Assembly: GCA_030264375.1 (NCBI GenBank)
Contig: JASCQW010000160.1
Location: 16,564,934 to 16,628,933, forward strand
Reading direction: 5' to 3'
Length of the DNA stretch: 64,000 nucleotides
Source: Carcharhinus longimanus
Taxonomy: Eukaryota
A model generated the notes under the pieces. It did not search any database. It was not told the DNA's origin and saw nothing but the letters and a program-made list of their open reading frames with translations. The translations under genes were made by a program, and so were the position numbers. Positions within the stretch are counted from its first letter, which is position 1; each line of letters starts with the position of its first letter. Of this stretch, positions 39,831-53,884 are shown piece after piece.

Positions 39831-41329
39831 CTCCTCCTCCTCCCCCCCCGTAGGCCATCACCTAGTGTTATTAGGCTATTGTAAGACTATTACGTGACTC
39901 ACTTTCTGTGGCTTAGGTATAGAGCTTGAGTTTCAAATTAATCTAAATGTTGAGCTCCCTGACATCCAATTTTTTTGTCTAAGTTTGCTCAGGAGGTGCA
40001 AATCTATCAATTATCATTTGCACTGGGATACCAGATCTCCTGTGCGGAAAATGGAAGTGTGTGATTCTGTATCACCTGCTGACTTTTTCAGTTTTTTGCA
40101 CTTTGAAAAGCTGGCACCATCATCCTGATGCACCTGTGTCACATCATCATTTTCCAAAGCCATGATCTTTGTGAATCAATGCTATAAAATAACTCAAATG
40201 AAACTCCATGATGAAACCAAATTCCATGATGCAATACAGCAAATAAAGGCAAACATTACTGCATTACCAAAAAAACTGACAATTCCATGATTTCCCTTTT
40301 TAGCAGCCCTTTACAAGAGTGAGGAATTCTGATTACTGAAACTGAACTCCGGTTTCAGAGGAGACAGACAGTATTTAACTAATGAAATGTCCAATGCCTG
40401 TATCCATCATATGCAAGAGCTATTTTTAAACTCAGTGGCATGTATACAATATTATATACTCTCTCAGGCTCCTAAATCAAGAGCTTCCACATATGTTAAA
40501 AGTCACATCCTCAGTAATGTTCCTTTAAATCACTAGCTGTACTCATGTTTAGCGTCAAAACCGCCAACCTTCCAAATTGGCTGTTCTAATCTGTTACAGC
40601 TAGAACAAACAGTAGGTTGGGTTGACTCATCACATAAGAGGGCATGTGTAGGAGGAAAAGGGAAGTGGACAGAAACAAATCTGGACAATCTGATTAAATT
40701 ATCTATCGTGAAGAAAGAACAAACTGATCAAGGTTATATTTTTGTTTTTCTGGTAAAATAAGTCTGCAGCTTGTGAAAAACACAGTGTATCAAATCAGTA
40801 CTCAACAGTTAATAAGTTTCTTCGCAAATAAGGGTACAAATCACTTGGCACTGCTAATACAGATCCAGACTTTAAAAATATACTTAGTAGCCATGTAAAT
40901 GACGCAAGTCTATGCAGCACCTTGTATTTATTTACTAATATAGTTAAAAAATTGAAAAGATGCAAGAATACAAGGTGCTGGATAAAAGCTTTGAAAGGGA
41001 CTTGAAACTTCAGCTCTTTTCTCTCCTTACAGATGCTACTAGACCTGCTGAGATTTTCCAGCATTTTCTCTTTTGAATACAAGACACTGTTTCCTCCAGC
41101 ACAGCAATACTGCAACTAAACGTGGCCACAGCTGCCATTTTTAGATTGAGATCAATGTTAAATAGTTAAGATCAGTTTAAAATTCCCAAAAATCTGCAAA
41201 TTCAATACATGGCAAACAATGGAATAAAACCTTTATAAACCTTAAATACCTCCTGCTCCCAGTTCCAGTTGGAACATTAGGCATTTAACTGAGCTAAATG
41301 TATTGGACGGTCTCGGGTTCGATTTCATG

Positions 41330-41575
41330 TCTCTGCTGCTTTCAGTCAGGTGCCTGGGACCTACATTTTGGAATTTTTTCCTTGGATGATTTTGCCCTTC
41401 CACTTCTCTCACTCCCTTTAAAAACAGTCCCAAAATCCACCTCTTCCATCAAGCATTTAGTCAATACAATTCATTTCTTGCTTTCTGGCTTTGCATCCAA
41501 GTATCTTAGCTAATTTGCAACACCCTGGGACTTATTTATAAGTGTTAAATATATTATCCATATACAAGCTAATAT
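41330..41575 (+). mobile_element. L2 LINE 3' fragment
   Basis: ttcagtcaggtgcctgggacc...tggaat...ttaaaaacagtcccaaaatccacctcttc (FK..LKTHLF-like) and an L2-type tail. Confidence 0.6.
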
Positions 41576-43052
41576 TGCCAAGTTAACTGGTCAGCTGTAG
41601 AGGTGCTACAATCACTTCCACTGTCCCTCAGCAAGGAAGAAAAATTATGCAGAATTCTTGCTCCTGATCACTGACCATGAACTCTTCTGGAAAATGCACC
41701 TGCTTAGATAGGATCAGGCTTAGCTGTGATGCTTTTCTGACTCCAATGTCTTACTCTCGCTTGCCAATTTGAGCAGTGTTTGTCATACTGGCGCCTATGG
41801 ACTCCCGGGAGTCCAGAGTGACTGGAGAAGCAACAAGGAAGAAAGATGGAACTAGAAATGCCCGTGTTTGGCTAGTTTGTTTTTGTGCTAACTTGGTTAA
41901 ATAAACTACTATGATAGGATTTGCATCTATTTTGTGTTCACCTAGCTGTCGAGTCAAGCAGTTGAATACAGAGGGATTCAATCCCAAGATGCCCGACTAC
42001 TTTAAAATTGATTAACCTCATTCAAGCAAACTGTATTTTGTCAGTTCTCAGCTGCATTCAAAAATTTGTAAGGGGAGGTTCAGGCTCAGTACTAAAGAAT
42101 TATCATCGATCTTAGACAGCAACTCCTGCTGACTGTCAAGAATCACTCCTGTCATTGTGGAAATATTCAAGGTCAACTTATCTCAATTACAGGATGTATG
42201 TTGAAAAACAATCTTAATCTGAACAATATCACTTCTACTGAATTGGGAGTTTGCTAGTATTGAAATGCTCAGCAATTGTCAGTAATATTTTTGTATAGCA
42301 ATGTCAAATTGTATATGATGCACACTATCAGGTGTGCTTTCCAATGTTGAAAAATGTTTTCAACTGTACATTTGCACCTGAAACATGCAAGAATGGTTGT
42401 CAGCATGCCTGTAAGTACAGAGCGTGGTAAAGTCTATATTTTCACACCTTTCCAAGCCAAAGTAGATCCGAACAGCTAATCAACAAATGCAATGAGTGAA
42501 TGACTCAAAGAAAAATCACTCCCTGAAAAGCTCTCCTACAACTGAAGTGCAACGTCTTCCATGAAAGGAAGTTACTGCACCGAAAGAAGTGTATATAAAG
42601 ATACTGAACAGAAAAGATTCGTGAAGAAAGAACCTTAATTCTCCAAGGATGCTGCCTGGCCTGTGGAGTATTTTCATCATTTTCTTTTTTTAGTTCACTA
42701 CAATCAAATCCTGGCATTTGAACCATTTCAATCATTCCTTATAGGTCTGAAATGACATTACATTTCTAATCACACAAAATCATGGAGGTGAAAACTGTTG
42801 TTGGAATGATGCAACAGTAGCACCTGATTGAGGCAATACAATTGTGTATGCATTCATGATCTAAATTTTAGATATACTTATATTCAGCCATTTTTGCTCA
42901 ATAAATTCAACCTATCTAGTAGCAAATGCAAGTCACTTTACTAAAATGGCACAGAATTTTTTGTTTTGTACAATTCCCATCCAAATTAGGCTGCAGATAA
43001 CACACTTTCATTATACAGCAAAACACAATAAAGAATTGGAATTGAAATTGCT

Positions 43053-43302
43053 TACATAAGAACATAAGAACATAAGAAATAGGAGCAGGAGTAGGCCATC
43101 TGGCCCTTCGAGCCTGCCCCGCCATNNNNNNNNNNNNNNNNNNNNNNNNNNNNNNNNNNNNNNNNNNNNNNNNNNNNNNNNNNNNNNNNNNNNNNNNNNN
43201 NNNNNNNNNNNNNNNNNNNNNNNNNCATTAAGACCCTCCAGTCCTACCACCTTTCCATCGCTAACACCCGGCAAATTATTCACGTCCTCCTCCGTGAAGA
43301 CA
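43053..43302 (-). mobile_element. Young CR1 whose body is collapsed into the N-gap
   Basis: (acataaga)n tail left of the gap; VFTEEDVNNLP ORF2 segment right of the gap. Confidence 0.85.
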
Positions 43303-45301
43303 AGAGAGGAAATTGTACTTTCTTAGATAGGAATCATCAAAAACTGGTACAGCCCAAATCTTTCACTGAAGAATAATGCTGTTCTGCAGAATTTTTAACA
43401 ATATATTTCTTCTGAAGAAATGAACAATCAAATTTAAAGTAGAAAACTGCTGTGTATGCCCTTACTTTTAACATACTACTATACTGTGATTTGACCAATG
43501 TCATTTATTGTTTTTGACTGCCTTCAGAGCAACAAAATAAAATGTATTCATAATGTACCTCCCATATTGACTCACTCTTTGCATTACTCTCACAGGCAGA
43601 CAGATGAAAATTATTCTCTCCGTTCTTGCATTCTCTAGCTTAGAGCTCTAGAACAAGGAGCTATTGATACAGAGATTAAGAACAGAACAAAAGGAGCTAT
43701 TTTATTTCATACACTATACACAAAAGTTGCAAGGCTGTAAAATTCAGTTCCAAGATTATATAAGTGAGGCAGGAACTTCAACAGCATTCAAGACTAAGTT
43801 GTATAGGTAGATTGATTAATCCAAGAATATCAAAACAGTACAACTCTCAAATTCTGTAACCTGGCTCATGAAAGTTAATTTAGTTTCACTTTACCTATGC
43901 TGCTATTTCTAATTTATTTTGATGTCTTGTTTAAATTTAGAGACCTCTAGATTCAGAAACGGGTGATTTTAATGGTATTGCCAAAAAAGACCTATTACTA
44001 TTGAAGTAAATTGAGCTATACAAATTAGTGGGAGTATGAATTAAATCTTTTTTATATGACTCTTAACCTACGTAACAGATGAAGAATAAAAAAAACCTAA
44101 ACACTCCTGATATAACCAGATTTACTCAGCTTTAATGCGGATCGCAATTTTCTGTTAGTTGTGAAATGATCCCTCCAAAAAGGAGCTTAAATGTTATAAT
44201 GGATTGGAACAAGACCTTGCATAATTTTCCAGCTGCTCAGAAGAGGATTGGGATAGGCAGTCTTTCAATCAGCTTCAGAGGGCCTAAGCAAAGCTCAATG
44301 AACATTACAAAAAGTTATACAATTTTTAATCTTGTGATTTTCAAATTTGCTTTTAGTACTGGCTTCCACCATTAATTGTTGTTTTTAATTTTATTCAGTT
44401 TACTTCCATCTATAACTGATCACCTTGGTACCCCTTAGAAATGGATTATTTTCAGTATGAGGCAATCCATTAATTATATTCAATAGGATCATAGTTCAAC
44501 ATGACTGGCACCTCCATCACCCATCTCTTCTTGACAGAGTTGCCCAATATAATTGTATGACAGCTCTTCCCAAAGGAAATGCAGGCATGAGTCCATCTTG
44601 CAGTCCATCACGTGTCAGAAAGCAATTAAGCATCTTGTACCAAGGTAAACATCTAATGATTTGTGCGAAACCCTTTGAAAGTGCATATGTGCCAAAGGCA
44701 GGGCCCAGGAGAGCCGGCTGCACAAAGCACAAAATTTCCATGCCCATAGGAAACCCAGGGCTCAAGTAAATATTTTCTACACCATAGGATTTTGATTCTG
44801 AGATTCCATTTGATTGACCAGCTGCAACTGGCCTGTGATGTGACATGCGGTGGGTCCACCTTGCTGTGATCTGGTCTGCCGCAGTCTGATGGTCACATTG
44901 TTTAACTCTGAGTCTGGTATGATATTGGTAGCTTATTTCAGTGCCATGGCAGGAGCACAAAGAACTTGAAAAGGCTCAGAAAGAGTACAGACGTTTTCCA
45001 AGTTATGATCATAAACTGGAAAGGTTTACACATCTATCCATGACCAGAAGGTAGCTTCTGCCTTGACTTTATTCCCAATCATTTTTATGTGAAGTATGTG
45101 CTTTTTTTTAAGTGAAACCTTTCACTATATGGTCTTGTTAGCTATGGGGGCAATTTTCCATACAGCTTCATAACTCTCACGTTGAGGAAGTTATCTTGTC
45201 CAGGTTTCTGCTACACTCACTAGAGGGGAGTCCATAGCAGCAGAGTTCAATTGATGTGAGATACTGTAAAATCTTGGTTAATTTGAGTAATGTCCTAATT
45301 A

Positions 45302-45511
45302 TGTCAGGGGCTGTAGGTTATTAGCAAAAGGAAAAGGCTGTGGTTTGCACACACAGATCCAAAATTTCAACAATAGATTTTATTAAGATGTAGACTCTGC
45401 AAGGTATAAACTGAAACTAAAAGCATGGGCCTCTGAAACTCCCAAGGACATCACCATCGAATCATGTGGTCTGCTCTTAAAGCAATCATGCAACTACTTA
45501 AATATAAAACA
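45302..45511. mobile_element. Possible short solo LTR
   Basis: TG...CA ends, flanks ATTA/ATTC, minus-strand AATAAA. Confidence 0.3.
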
Positions 45512-46049
45512 ATTCGATAAACAAAATACACCACAGCAACATTACAGCAAAACTATAAAGTGTGCAGTAATACATACTATAAAGTGTAAAGTGGATGCTT
45601 TCAGTTGTACATTTAAACAAAACAAGGGCAGATACTCTACAATATAGACCAGATCTGGTTTATAAATAGCCTTCTCATGAGAAACAAATGATTAACCGAG
45701 TAAAGCACTATTTAAAAGAGACATAGTGCTCAAGTATTTATATATAGTCCCTCTGTGCGATGCCAATATTCCTAGATTTTGCAGTTGCTAAGCTTCCTGC
45801 AAAACTCAGCTCGCAGTCTTCCATGGCAATGTAAGCCAGAGGGGAGACTTTATTTTTATATGGACAGGAGCGTTACGCTTTGCAAATATATTGTTCTTCA
45901 TAGTAGCAAACGCCTGTCTAAAATAACCTCAGATTCTCATCTGAGTTAATGAACACATAGGTTCACTTTTTCAAGTCTTCCTTCATAATTTGAATTTTCT
46001 TGAATCCAGAAAATCTGTGCTGGACCCACTCTTCTACTTCAACATATTT

Positions 46050-46600
46050 GTTGAATCCCAAAGCCTGCAATATTCCAACTGCAGAATCATCATTTAAATT
46101 TCAACTTGTTTGTTCTACACTTTTTGTCACAAGACCAGGCTTTGTCTGATTAAGATGCTGGTTTTAATATTTTGCATGCTGAATCCCCTAAATCCCTCCA
46201 CCTTCCATGTGACCCAGACTTTCTTGGTGCTAAGTACACATTGTTAACTGAAATGTACCAGCTGCCATTGAATTCTATTTGCCATTATTTTAGCCTATTC
46301 TTTTTCTACTTATTCCCTAAAGTCTTTGATCCTTCAAATTATTCACCATTATTACCTACAAATTTAACCAACAACGTACAACGCAATCATTAATGTACAT
46401 GGTGAATGGAGGTAGCAGCAGAATAGAATCCCACAGGGTCAATACCACAATTTATAATCATTCTGGAAAACTGCCCTCAACATCTATTCTCCATTCTTCC
46501 TTTCCAAATGGTTATTCGTCCAATGTGCTGTCCTCCCACTTGTTCCCTTTGCCTTGATCATTGCCAACAGCCTCTTTGTGTGGTATCTTGTCACTGTATT
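46050..46600 (-). mobile_element. Highly degenerate CR1 RT fragment
   Basis: Antisense similarity to DK(V)PH(K)RLL and downstream RT segments. Confidence 0.5.
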
Positions 46601-46913
46601 ACATTTCTTTGATCCATAATAATTGTTAGCTCTCTGAAGAACCATCAGCTTTGTTAATCGTGAATTTGCTTTCTGGAATCTACATCCGCCACTACAGATT
46701 ATTTTCTCATTATCTTATTCGTTTTATCTTTAATCAAAGATTGCCTAGGTTAGCTATGTCATCCTTGTTGAAAAATGGGCCCTCTGGCATTCGTCAACTC
46801 CCAATAGAAACACGGAGTTGGGGAGGAGTGCAGCCAATCAGCCTTGACCTGCATGGGGCTATCACTATTGGAGAAGTGCGTGGACTAAAAATCTGATCCA
46901 AGGTAATCATATC

Positions 46914-47928
46914 AGCTGGAATGCTCCCAAAAATATTCTAAGTGTTGAATTCAAGTGAAAACTGGAGTAATTCACACTTGTTTTTTCACTGAGAATTCAG
47001 ATTAGGGTTTCACACGCTCTGTGCACTGCTGGACCTATTTCCACCCAGAAGGCTGAAATCAGTGGGCACCCGATTGCTGGCCAGCTCAATCACTAGCCAG
47101 TCCACAACGCTGCACCTCCAAACTGCCCCCCCCATGGCCTGATCGCGGGCCCCAACCCCGACCATTCCCGGGCCAGCCCCGACTCTTCCCGCATCCCAGA
47201 CTGCCCCAATCTCCAGCCCCCTTCCCCAACAGTTACTCGTCCCACTCCAGTAGTGCCTATCCCACCCCCTGCCCAGCAGGCAGATCAGCCTATCTGACCC
47301 CCTCCCCTCACCCCACCAGCCTGCCCATTCCCTGGCCTCCTCCTTAGTTGACCCATCCCAATGGCAGAGTGACAGCAGGACACCCACCCCCACTGACCAC
47401 CATTGGGACTCGCCCCCAGCAGGTCCTGCCCCCCATATGTCCTGCCCCCTTGGCACTGGCCTTGCCTGATGGGCATTGCCAAGGTACCTACTGGGCATTA
47501 GCACTTTGCCCCTTGGGCAGTGCCAAGGTGTCCAGGCTGGCACTGCAAGAGTGCCAATGACCAGGAGTCACCTTTCCCCTCACCACTCAACCCCCTTGGG
47601 GGTGCCAATTGACCCCCTTCACTCCACCGGGGTCAGGTGACTAGTTCCCGAAAAGTGGGAAGCTCGTGCAATTCCCACTGGAGTGAAACACTCTGGCAGG
47701 ATGGGAGAGACTAGTGGGAGAACTCAGTCCTTGGCCCACTAATAGCATTTAAACAATATTTAAAATATCACTTAAAGGTTAGCCCCACCTCCTCGCTGAT
47801 TTCCAACGCAGACCGTGCCAGAAATCCAGTGATGCTAGCGGGGCATGAACTTGCGTACAAATCCCGCGCAATTCTCCCTGCCCGCTGTGTTAAAAAAATT
47901 AGTGCAGCGGGATGGGAGAATCACGGCC
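46914..47928. mobile_element. GC-rich Harbinger-like non-autonomous element, TSD ATC
   Basis: TIRs agctggaatgctccca / tgggagaatcacggcc (11/16 match); ATC at 46911-46913 and 47929-47931. Confidence 0.75.
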
Positions 47929-50179
47929 ATCCTGTATGAGACATCTTAGAACAGGGTAAATCTTTGAACAATAACCAAGTGAGTCTCAAATAGATGGGAA
48001 GTGAGGAGTGTTGGGGAGCATTGAGAGTCTGAATTGGGCTATCAGGTTCTCATCTGAAGTTGTAATATGTTTAATATGCTGAGATCTAGATTGGAATGCT
48101 GGGCATGCATCCAGGTGTTTACACCAGCTGAGATTCATATTTGTTTTTTTGAAATTCAGCTGATGGCGCTTGTCATGGGGCTGCTAAATTCCCCCCTTAT
48201 TTGCAAATATTTGCCCTCTGTTGACCTGGGATCCCCAGAGTAAGATCATGCAGTGGAGATGTTGTAGATTCCCCTTGTAGCTCCAAGCTCAGACAGGATG
48301 GGGGCCTCCCCAGAATTCCCAGATGGTTTTGGCAAGTGTGGATTCTGCTTAGCTACTTTGCTACATTCCTTTTTTATTATTCATTCGTTGGACATTGGTC
48401 TTGCTGGCTGATCAGCATTTATTTCCCATCCCTGGTTGCCCTTGGATGGCAGTTGAGAGTCAACTACATTGCTGTGACTCTGGAGTCACATATAGACCAG
48501 ACTAGTTAAGGCCAGCAAATTTCGTTCCCTGAAGGACATTAGTGACAAATATAATAAGTTCCAAATACACCACTCCTATGTCTTGGTTGGGATGGAAGTC
48601 TCTTTAAATAATGTTGATGCTGATGTGGCATTTAGGGGAATCATCTTCCTAGGAAAATAAAGTGACACGTAAACATCTTTTTCTGAATTAAATAAAGAGA
48701 ATCCGGGAAATGGGGCTTTTCTCCTGGGCCCTGGCTACGAGTACAAATTGCAACCTTAAGTGTGATTCCGTCTGGGCATACACAATAAAAAACAGAGTTG
48801 TTAGATTATGTGAGGGCTTGGCATGGGCTAAGTAAACAAGCAGTAGTCTGACAGTATTCATGCCACAAAGCATTGCCTGTCAACCATCTACCGGATAAAA
48901 GTTACAGCTGCAGTACTTTCATCTGTTGAACTTACTAAAAGTGTGCCTTTTTTGCGTATGTTCAAAGGTTTGTGGGCAATTTAAACAGTATGGAGCTGAG
49001 CCACCTGCTGCTGCCAGACATGCTGCCCAGAAATGACAGACAGGGCAACCCTCTTTTCTCCAATGTCATGGAGTACACCTCCCTTTCAGCAGATATCCAG
49101 CAACAAGTTATATATCATTTTGTCATTTAACCACTGGCCACTTTAATGCTTCAAACAGCTTTGAAATCATTTAAGTATACTTTTAAAATAGTTATAGCCT
49201 TCGTAAAAGTTGTAGTATTTCCATTCCCTTTCTAAGGCTGATGTCACATCCTATTTGACCTCTGCTTAGCCAGACCCTAAATGAGTTGGGAACTACTGGC
49301 ATTTGAATCCAAAAGGAAGCTAGTCAGCATCTTAACACAATAAGTAAGCACTGGAAAAGTCCACTTTTGACAGTAATTTGGTTAAAAAGTAAATCATTTT
49401 TGTTTGCTTCTGGTAATTTCTGCTTACTTATATTAAACTGAATACATTAAAAGTAACAGTTTATTGCAAAAAATCAAAGACCCTAAAGTAAGTACAAACA
49501 GGTCAGGCATAATAAAAAACTTCGAAACTCACACATTTATTGAGAATCTAGTGGAACTGAATTGTACCACGTCTGAAATCACTCTGTCACCAATGCTTGA
49601 AATCACTTTGTTGGCATTTCTATCTGTGAAACATAGCTTCAAACAAAAACATCAACATGAGCTACTGATGAAACAGAGTAAACTAACTTTTAGTTCACTT
49701 CTCAACATATCCTTCTATTTCAAGGCTACCAAAATACATGCCTAATGCATACATCAAATTACAGCAAAAAGTAATGAGAAGCTGGCATTTAGTGCCAGTA
49801 CACTTTCAACACTCCCATTCCACCCTTTGAATCAGATCATGGCTGAGCTGTAACTCCATTCTCATTCCTCCACTACTGCTGTCACTGAGAACAGAAGATT
49901 TGGCACTGAGCCAGAAGTCCATTCCCTGCAGCAGGGCTAAAGAATCACAGCTACAGGTGACCTTAGAGACTTCCAGCCAGTACTGTTTGCAGTTTGATTC
50001 AGTACTCACAATAATCCTTAGCACCACCGAAGATAAGGTTAGCATGATTTTAGTTTGAAATCTGATCGGAATAATCTCAGCTATTTGTACCTCCCCACCA
50101 GTTGGCTGTCTTTGCTTCACAAACATGCGCATGGAACATGTTTGCTAGTGGTATTTCTTTTGTCTAGACAAATGCATAA

Positions 50180-50337
50180 GTAGAACCATAGAATCCTTAT
50201 AGTGCAGGAGGCCATTCAGCCCATCAAGTTTGCACCGACTCTCTGAAGAGCATCTTGCCCAGGCTCACCCCATCCTGCTTTATCCCTGTTACCCCATGCA
50301 TGTACCATGGCTAATCCCCTTAACATGCACATCTTTC
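50180..50337 (-). mobile_element. HE1 SINE 3' half
   Basis: tagaaccatagaatccttatagtgcaggaggccattcagcccatc. Confidence 0.85.
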
Positions 50338-50519
50338 GAAGCAGTGAAAAATTACAACAGAATGTTGAAGAAATCTACCAAATTTCCACCAAAAATTTTT
50401 TTCCAGTAAAACAAAATACATTTAAAAGACTTTCTATCTTCTGCTGTCAAGCCAGCAGATTTGTAGTACAAAGGTATTTAACAGCAATCAAGTGATGAAA
50501 ACAGGCAATAAAATATGGC

Positions 50520-52235
50520 CAATCGTCATCCTTGGCTGCCCCACAATTTGAAGATGATATTTACTCATGGTCGTGGATTTCTGTCTTTGGATCTTCATGT
50601 GATTGAACAGGCCAACTCTCAACCCACAGATCAGTGGGCACATGGAACAAGGCATCCCATGAGACAATGTGAATACAGGGTTTGCTTTCTTCTCTTTCCC
50701 TATCTGCTGCTGCTCTACTTCATCATTAAAAAGTTGTAACTCAAAGCATGATGCAGCTTGATGGGCAAGTTGTTGCCATTCCAAACGACTGGTACTAAGC
50801 TTCTCCCATTCACTGTCAATATTGCCATGCTTCAAAGAGAGCTTCACAGTATCTTTGATGCATTTTCTTTGCTCTTGGAGTGTGAACCATTCAAAAGTTG
50901 AGAAAATAGGGTCTGGCAAGAAAACAGCTTTCAGCCATTTGGACACAATGGCCAGTCAAGTGAAGTTTATTTTGCAGAGGCTTTGTCTGAATATTTGTGG
51001 AGCTGATTTTAAAAAGGACACTTGTATTTGTTTGGTGGTCCCCCCATTGAATTTTTTGGATGTGGCAGAAACATTATAATGAAAATTTCTCTAGCACTTT
51101 TTGTGGCAATAACACAGTCCTTGCTTCACTGTGCAATGATGACAACTGCTCTGAACATTAGAATTTGTGTTGACCTGCAGAGCTCTTTGTTGTCAAACAC
51201 TCATTGCTATAGTTGTACAAGGCTGAATGAGCTGGCAGAGCTGATCCAGTATTTGATCTACTCATCAATGGTAGCTTTTTAAGAGAGGAGGCTGCCAAGG
51301 TATGAGAAGTGTTCAACATATTCCAGAGTCTCTCCTTCAACACATTTGGGAGGCAGAATATTTGGCTGACCATCAACCAGATGTCGGGTAAAATATTAAT
51401 TTTGTTTTGGCAACATTCAAGCACAGGCCAAGTCTGTTGTATGTAGAACTGAAGAGGGAGAGCACGGATTGCAGATCTAGTGCAAGGTGGGCAACAATAC
51501 TGCAGTTGCCTGAAAATTGTAGGCCATGTATATCTATGATAGTCAGTATAGTTTTGGCACGAAGGTGACTGATGTTAAAGTGTTTTCTGCCTAGATAGCA
51601 TTTAATACCAACACCACACAGGACAGATGATCTTTGATGAAGTGTATAGTCATTGTCAGGTGCATTGTAACTTGTTTAGGAGATATCACACAGCTTTGCT
51701 TGACCTCAAGTCAGATTCTAAAAGTGTCTGTTTCATTTCCCACTCAAGGCAGTTACAGTCATATCATTATGAAAAAATTGCAAGGTTCTTGGACATCCCA
51801 GTCTCTGGATCACAATTCACACTGCCACACAATTTACTGAGTCAAATATTTTGCTCAAGTCAAGGAATGCAATGAAGAATTTCTGGTATTATGCTAGACA
51901 TTTTTCTTTGATTTGACTGGCCATAAAGACCATGTTGCAAATACCTCCGAAAGGTCTAAAGAGACACACTGTCTCTCTGGGAAGTATGCAATTCAAGAGA
52001 ATACAAATCAGGATTTTCCCTGCTGTGGACATGAGGGAGATACCTCGATAGTTACCGCAGTATGACTTGGCTGCATTATTTAAGATATTTACAATTGTTG
52101 CATTTCTCAAAACAATGGGGAGCTCCTTTTCCCTTCCAAATATGCGGGATGAGTGCATGGAGTCTTAAAGTCCACTAACTTTAAAGAACTTAGCTGGAAT
52201 TGCATTGGGGCTGCAGTGGTGATTCAACGATATGG
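50520..52235 (-). mobile_element. Decayed RTE-clade LINE (RT to 3' end)
   Basis: ORF-track fragments CGNYRGISLMSTAGKIL and CSMCPLICGLRVGLFNHMKIQ (C2H2-like end). Confidence 0.9.
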
Positions 52236-52374
52236 CGCTTAGAGAAATCCCCCCCCAACAACTTTATATACCTCAATCAAATCTCCACTCAGTCATTTCT
52301 GTTCCAAGAAAACCAACCTCAGTCTATCCAATCTCTCCTCATAGATGCAATTGTCTAGTTCTGGCAACATTCTT

Positions 52375-52945
52375 ATAGAATCAGAGGTTTACGCATGGAA
52401 ACAGGTCCTTCAGCCCAACTTGTCCATGCTGCCCTTTCTTTTTTAAAACTCTTAAGCTGGTCCCAATTGCCCGCATTTGGCCCTCATCCCTCTATACCCA
52501 TCTTACCCATGTAACTATCTAAATGCTTTTTAAAAGACAAAATTGTATCCACCTCTACTGCTACCTCTGGCAGCTTGTTCCACTCACCACCCTCTGTGAG
52601 AAAACATTGCCCCTCTGGACCCTCTTTAACTCTCCCCTCACACCTTAAATCTACGCCCTCTAATTTTAGACTTCCCTACCTTTGAGAAAAGATTTTGACT
52701 ATCTAGCTGATCTATACCCCTCATTATTTCATAAACCTCTATATGATCACCCCTCGGCCTCCTATGCTCCAGAGAAAAAAGTCCCAGTCTATCCATCCTC
52801 TCCTTCTAACTCAAACCATCAAGTCCTAGTAAATCTCTTCTGCACTCTTTCTAGTTTAATAATATTCGTTTCCATAATAGGGTGACCAGAACTGCACACA
52901 GTATTCCAAATGTGGCCTTACCAATGTCTTGTACAACTTCAACAA
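52375..52945 (-). mobile_element. CR1/HER1-type LINE 3' end (copy A, runs into gap)
   Basis: Closely similar to, but not identical with, 54601-55167. Confidence 0.9.
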
Positions 52946-53124
52946 NNNNNNNNNNNNNNNNNNNNNNNNNNNNNNNNNNNNNNNNNNNNNNNNNNNNNNN
53001 NNNNNNNNNNNNNNNNNNNNNNNNNNNNNNNNNNNNNNNNNNNNNTAAGATACTCTGTCAGAGAGTTGGTGCAGACTTGATGGGCCGAATGGCCTCTTCT
53101 ACGCTGTAGGGATTCTGTTTATGA

Positions 53125-53688
53125 TTCTCCAATCTGGCCAGGCACAGCACTGAATGACCAGAAATGGTAATGCAGCACTCAGGGCTTTCAAAAAGTGGTC
53201 GGAGGGAATGCAGGGTAGAGGACTCCGAGGGGGGTTGGGAGTAGGGGTGGGGGAGAGTGGGTGTTGGGCAATTGTAGTGCAGGGGGAAGGCCAGGGATGA
53301 GGCAGTCATAGAGCTCCAACATCTCATGGGAGGCGGGGGGGGGCGGAGGGGGGAGCCTTCAGAGTGAGCTGCCCTCCCCCCCTATTACGCCCAACATGGG
53401 GAAAAGTGTAAATGTCTCTTTTCCAGTTACCTGCAGCACCACGCCGCCCCCCCCCACCGCATCATAAAGATTGAGATAGGCTGGGATAAGTAGCTATTTG
53501 AGGGTCTTCATAGGTGAATGGATCGATTCCCTACCCTATGTCCTGCCTGGTCCTAGTGTGAAATTGTGTTGGGGTTCAGGCTGGCAGGTTCCGGGGGGGT
53601 TGGGGGGGGGGTGGATTTTCTGCCCACTCCATTTTACACTCCCCACTGTCTCAGAACCCATCACGGGGACAGTGTTAAATTCTGGCCC
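53125..53688. mobile_element. GC-rich MITE-family element
   Basis: G-rich core; right end taaattctggccc resembles the other GGGC-terminated elements. Confidence 0.5.
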
Positions 53689-53884
53689 AGGTCAAACCTG
53701 TATGTCCTGTCCAATCAGGTAGAACATTTCAAACCCTCACAAAAAATGTTTACATTTCTCCTCCCAATTGCATTAATCCTACGTTCTAGGGCTATCAATC
53801 CTTTAGCCATTGGAAGAATCATCTCTTTATTTGCTCTACTTACACCCTACCATGATATTAAACACCTCTATCTTAGAATTTTTG

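Larger units (their letters stand above)
12997..53045. other. Assembly gaps: 12997-13006, 13458-13557, 19975-20101, 26030-26129, 36317-36326, 43126-43225, 52946-53045
   Basis: N runs; four of them fall inside recognisable repeats. Confidence 0.99.

Noticed and set aside
44517-44960. 147-aa minus-strand ORF
   Set aside because: Non-ATG start, no recognisable homology and no compatible splice signals found.
47010-47543. Longest ORF in the track (177 aa, Gly/Trp-rich)
   Set aside because: It lies inside a GC-rich MITE where stop codons are rare; no domain is recognisable.
53228-53355. G-quadruplex-like G-runs
   Set aside because: They are internal to a repeat family, with no evidence of locus-specific function.
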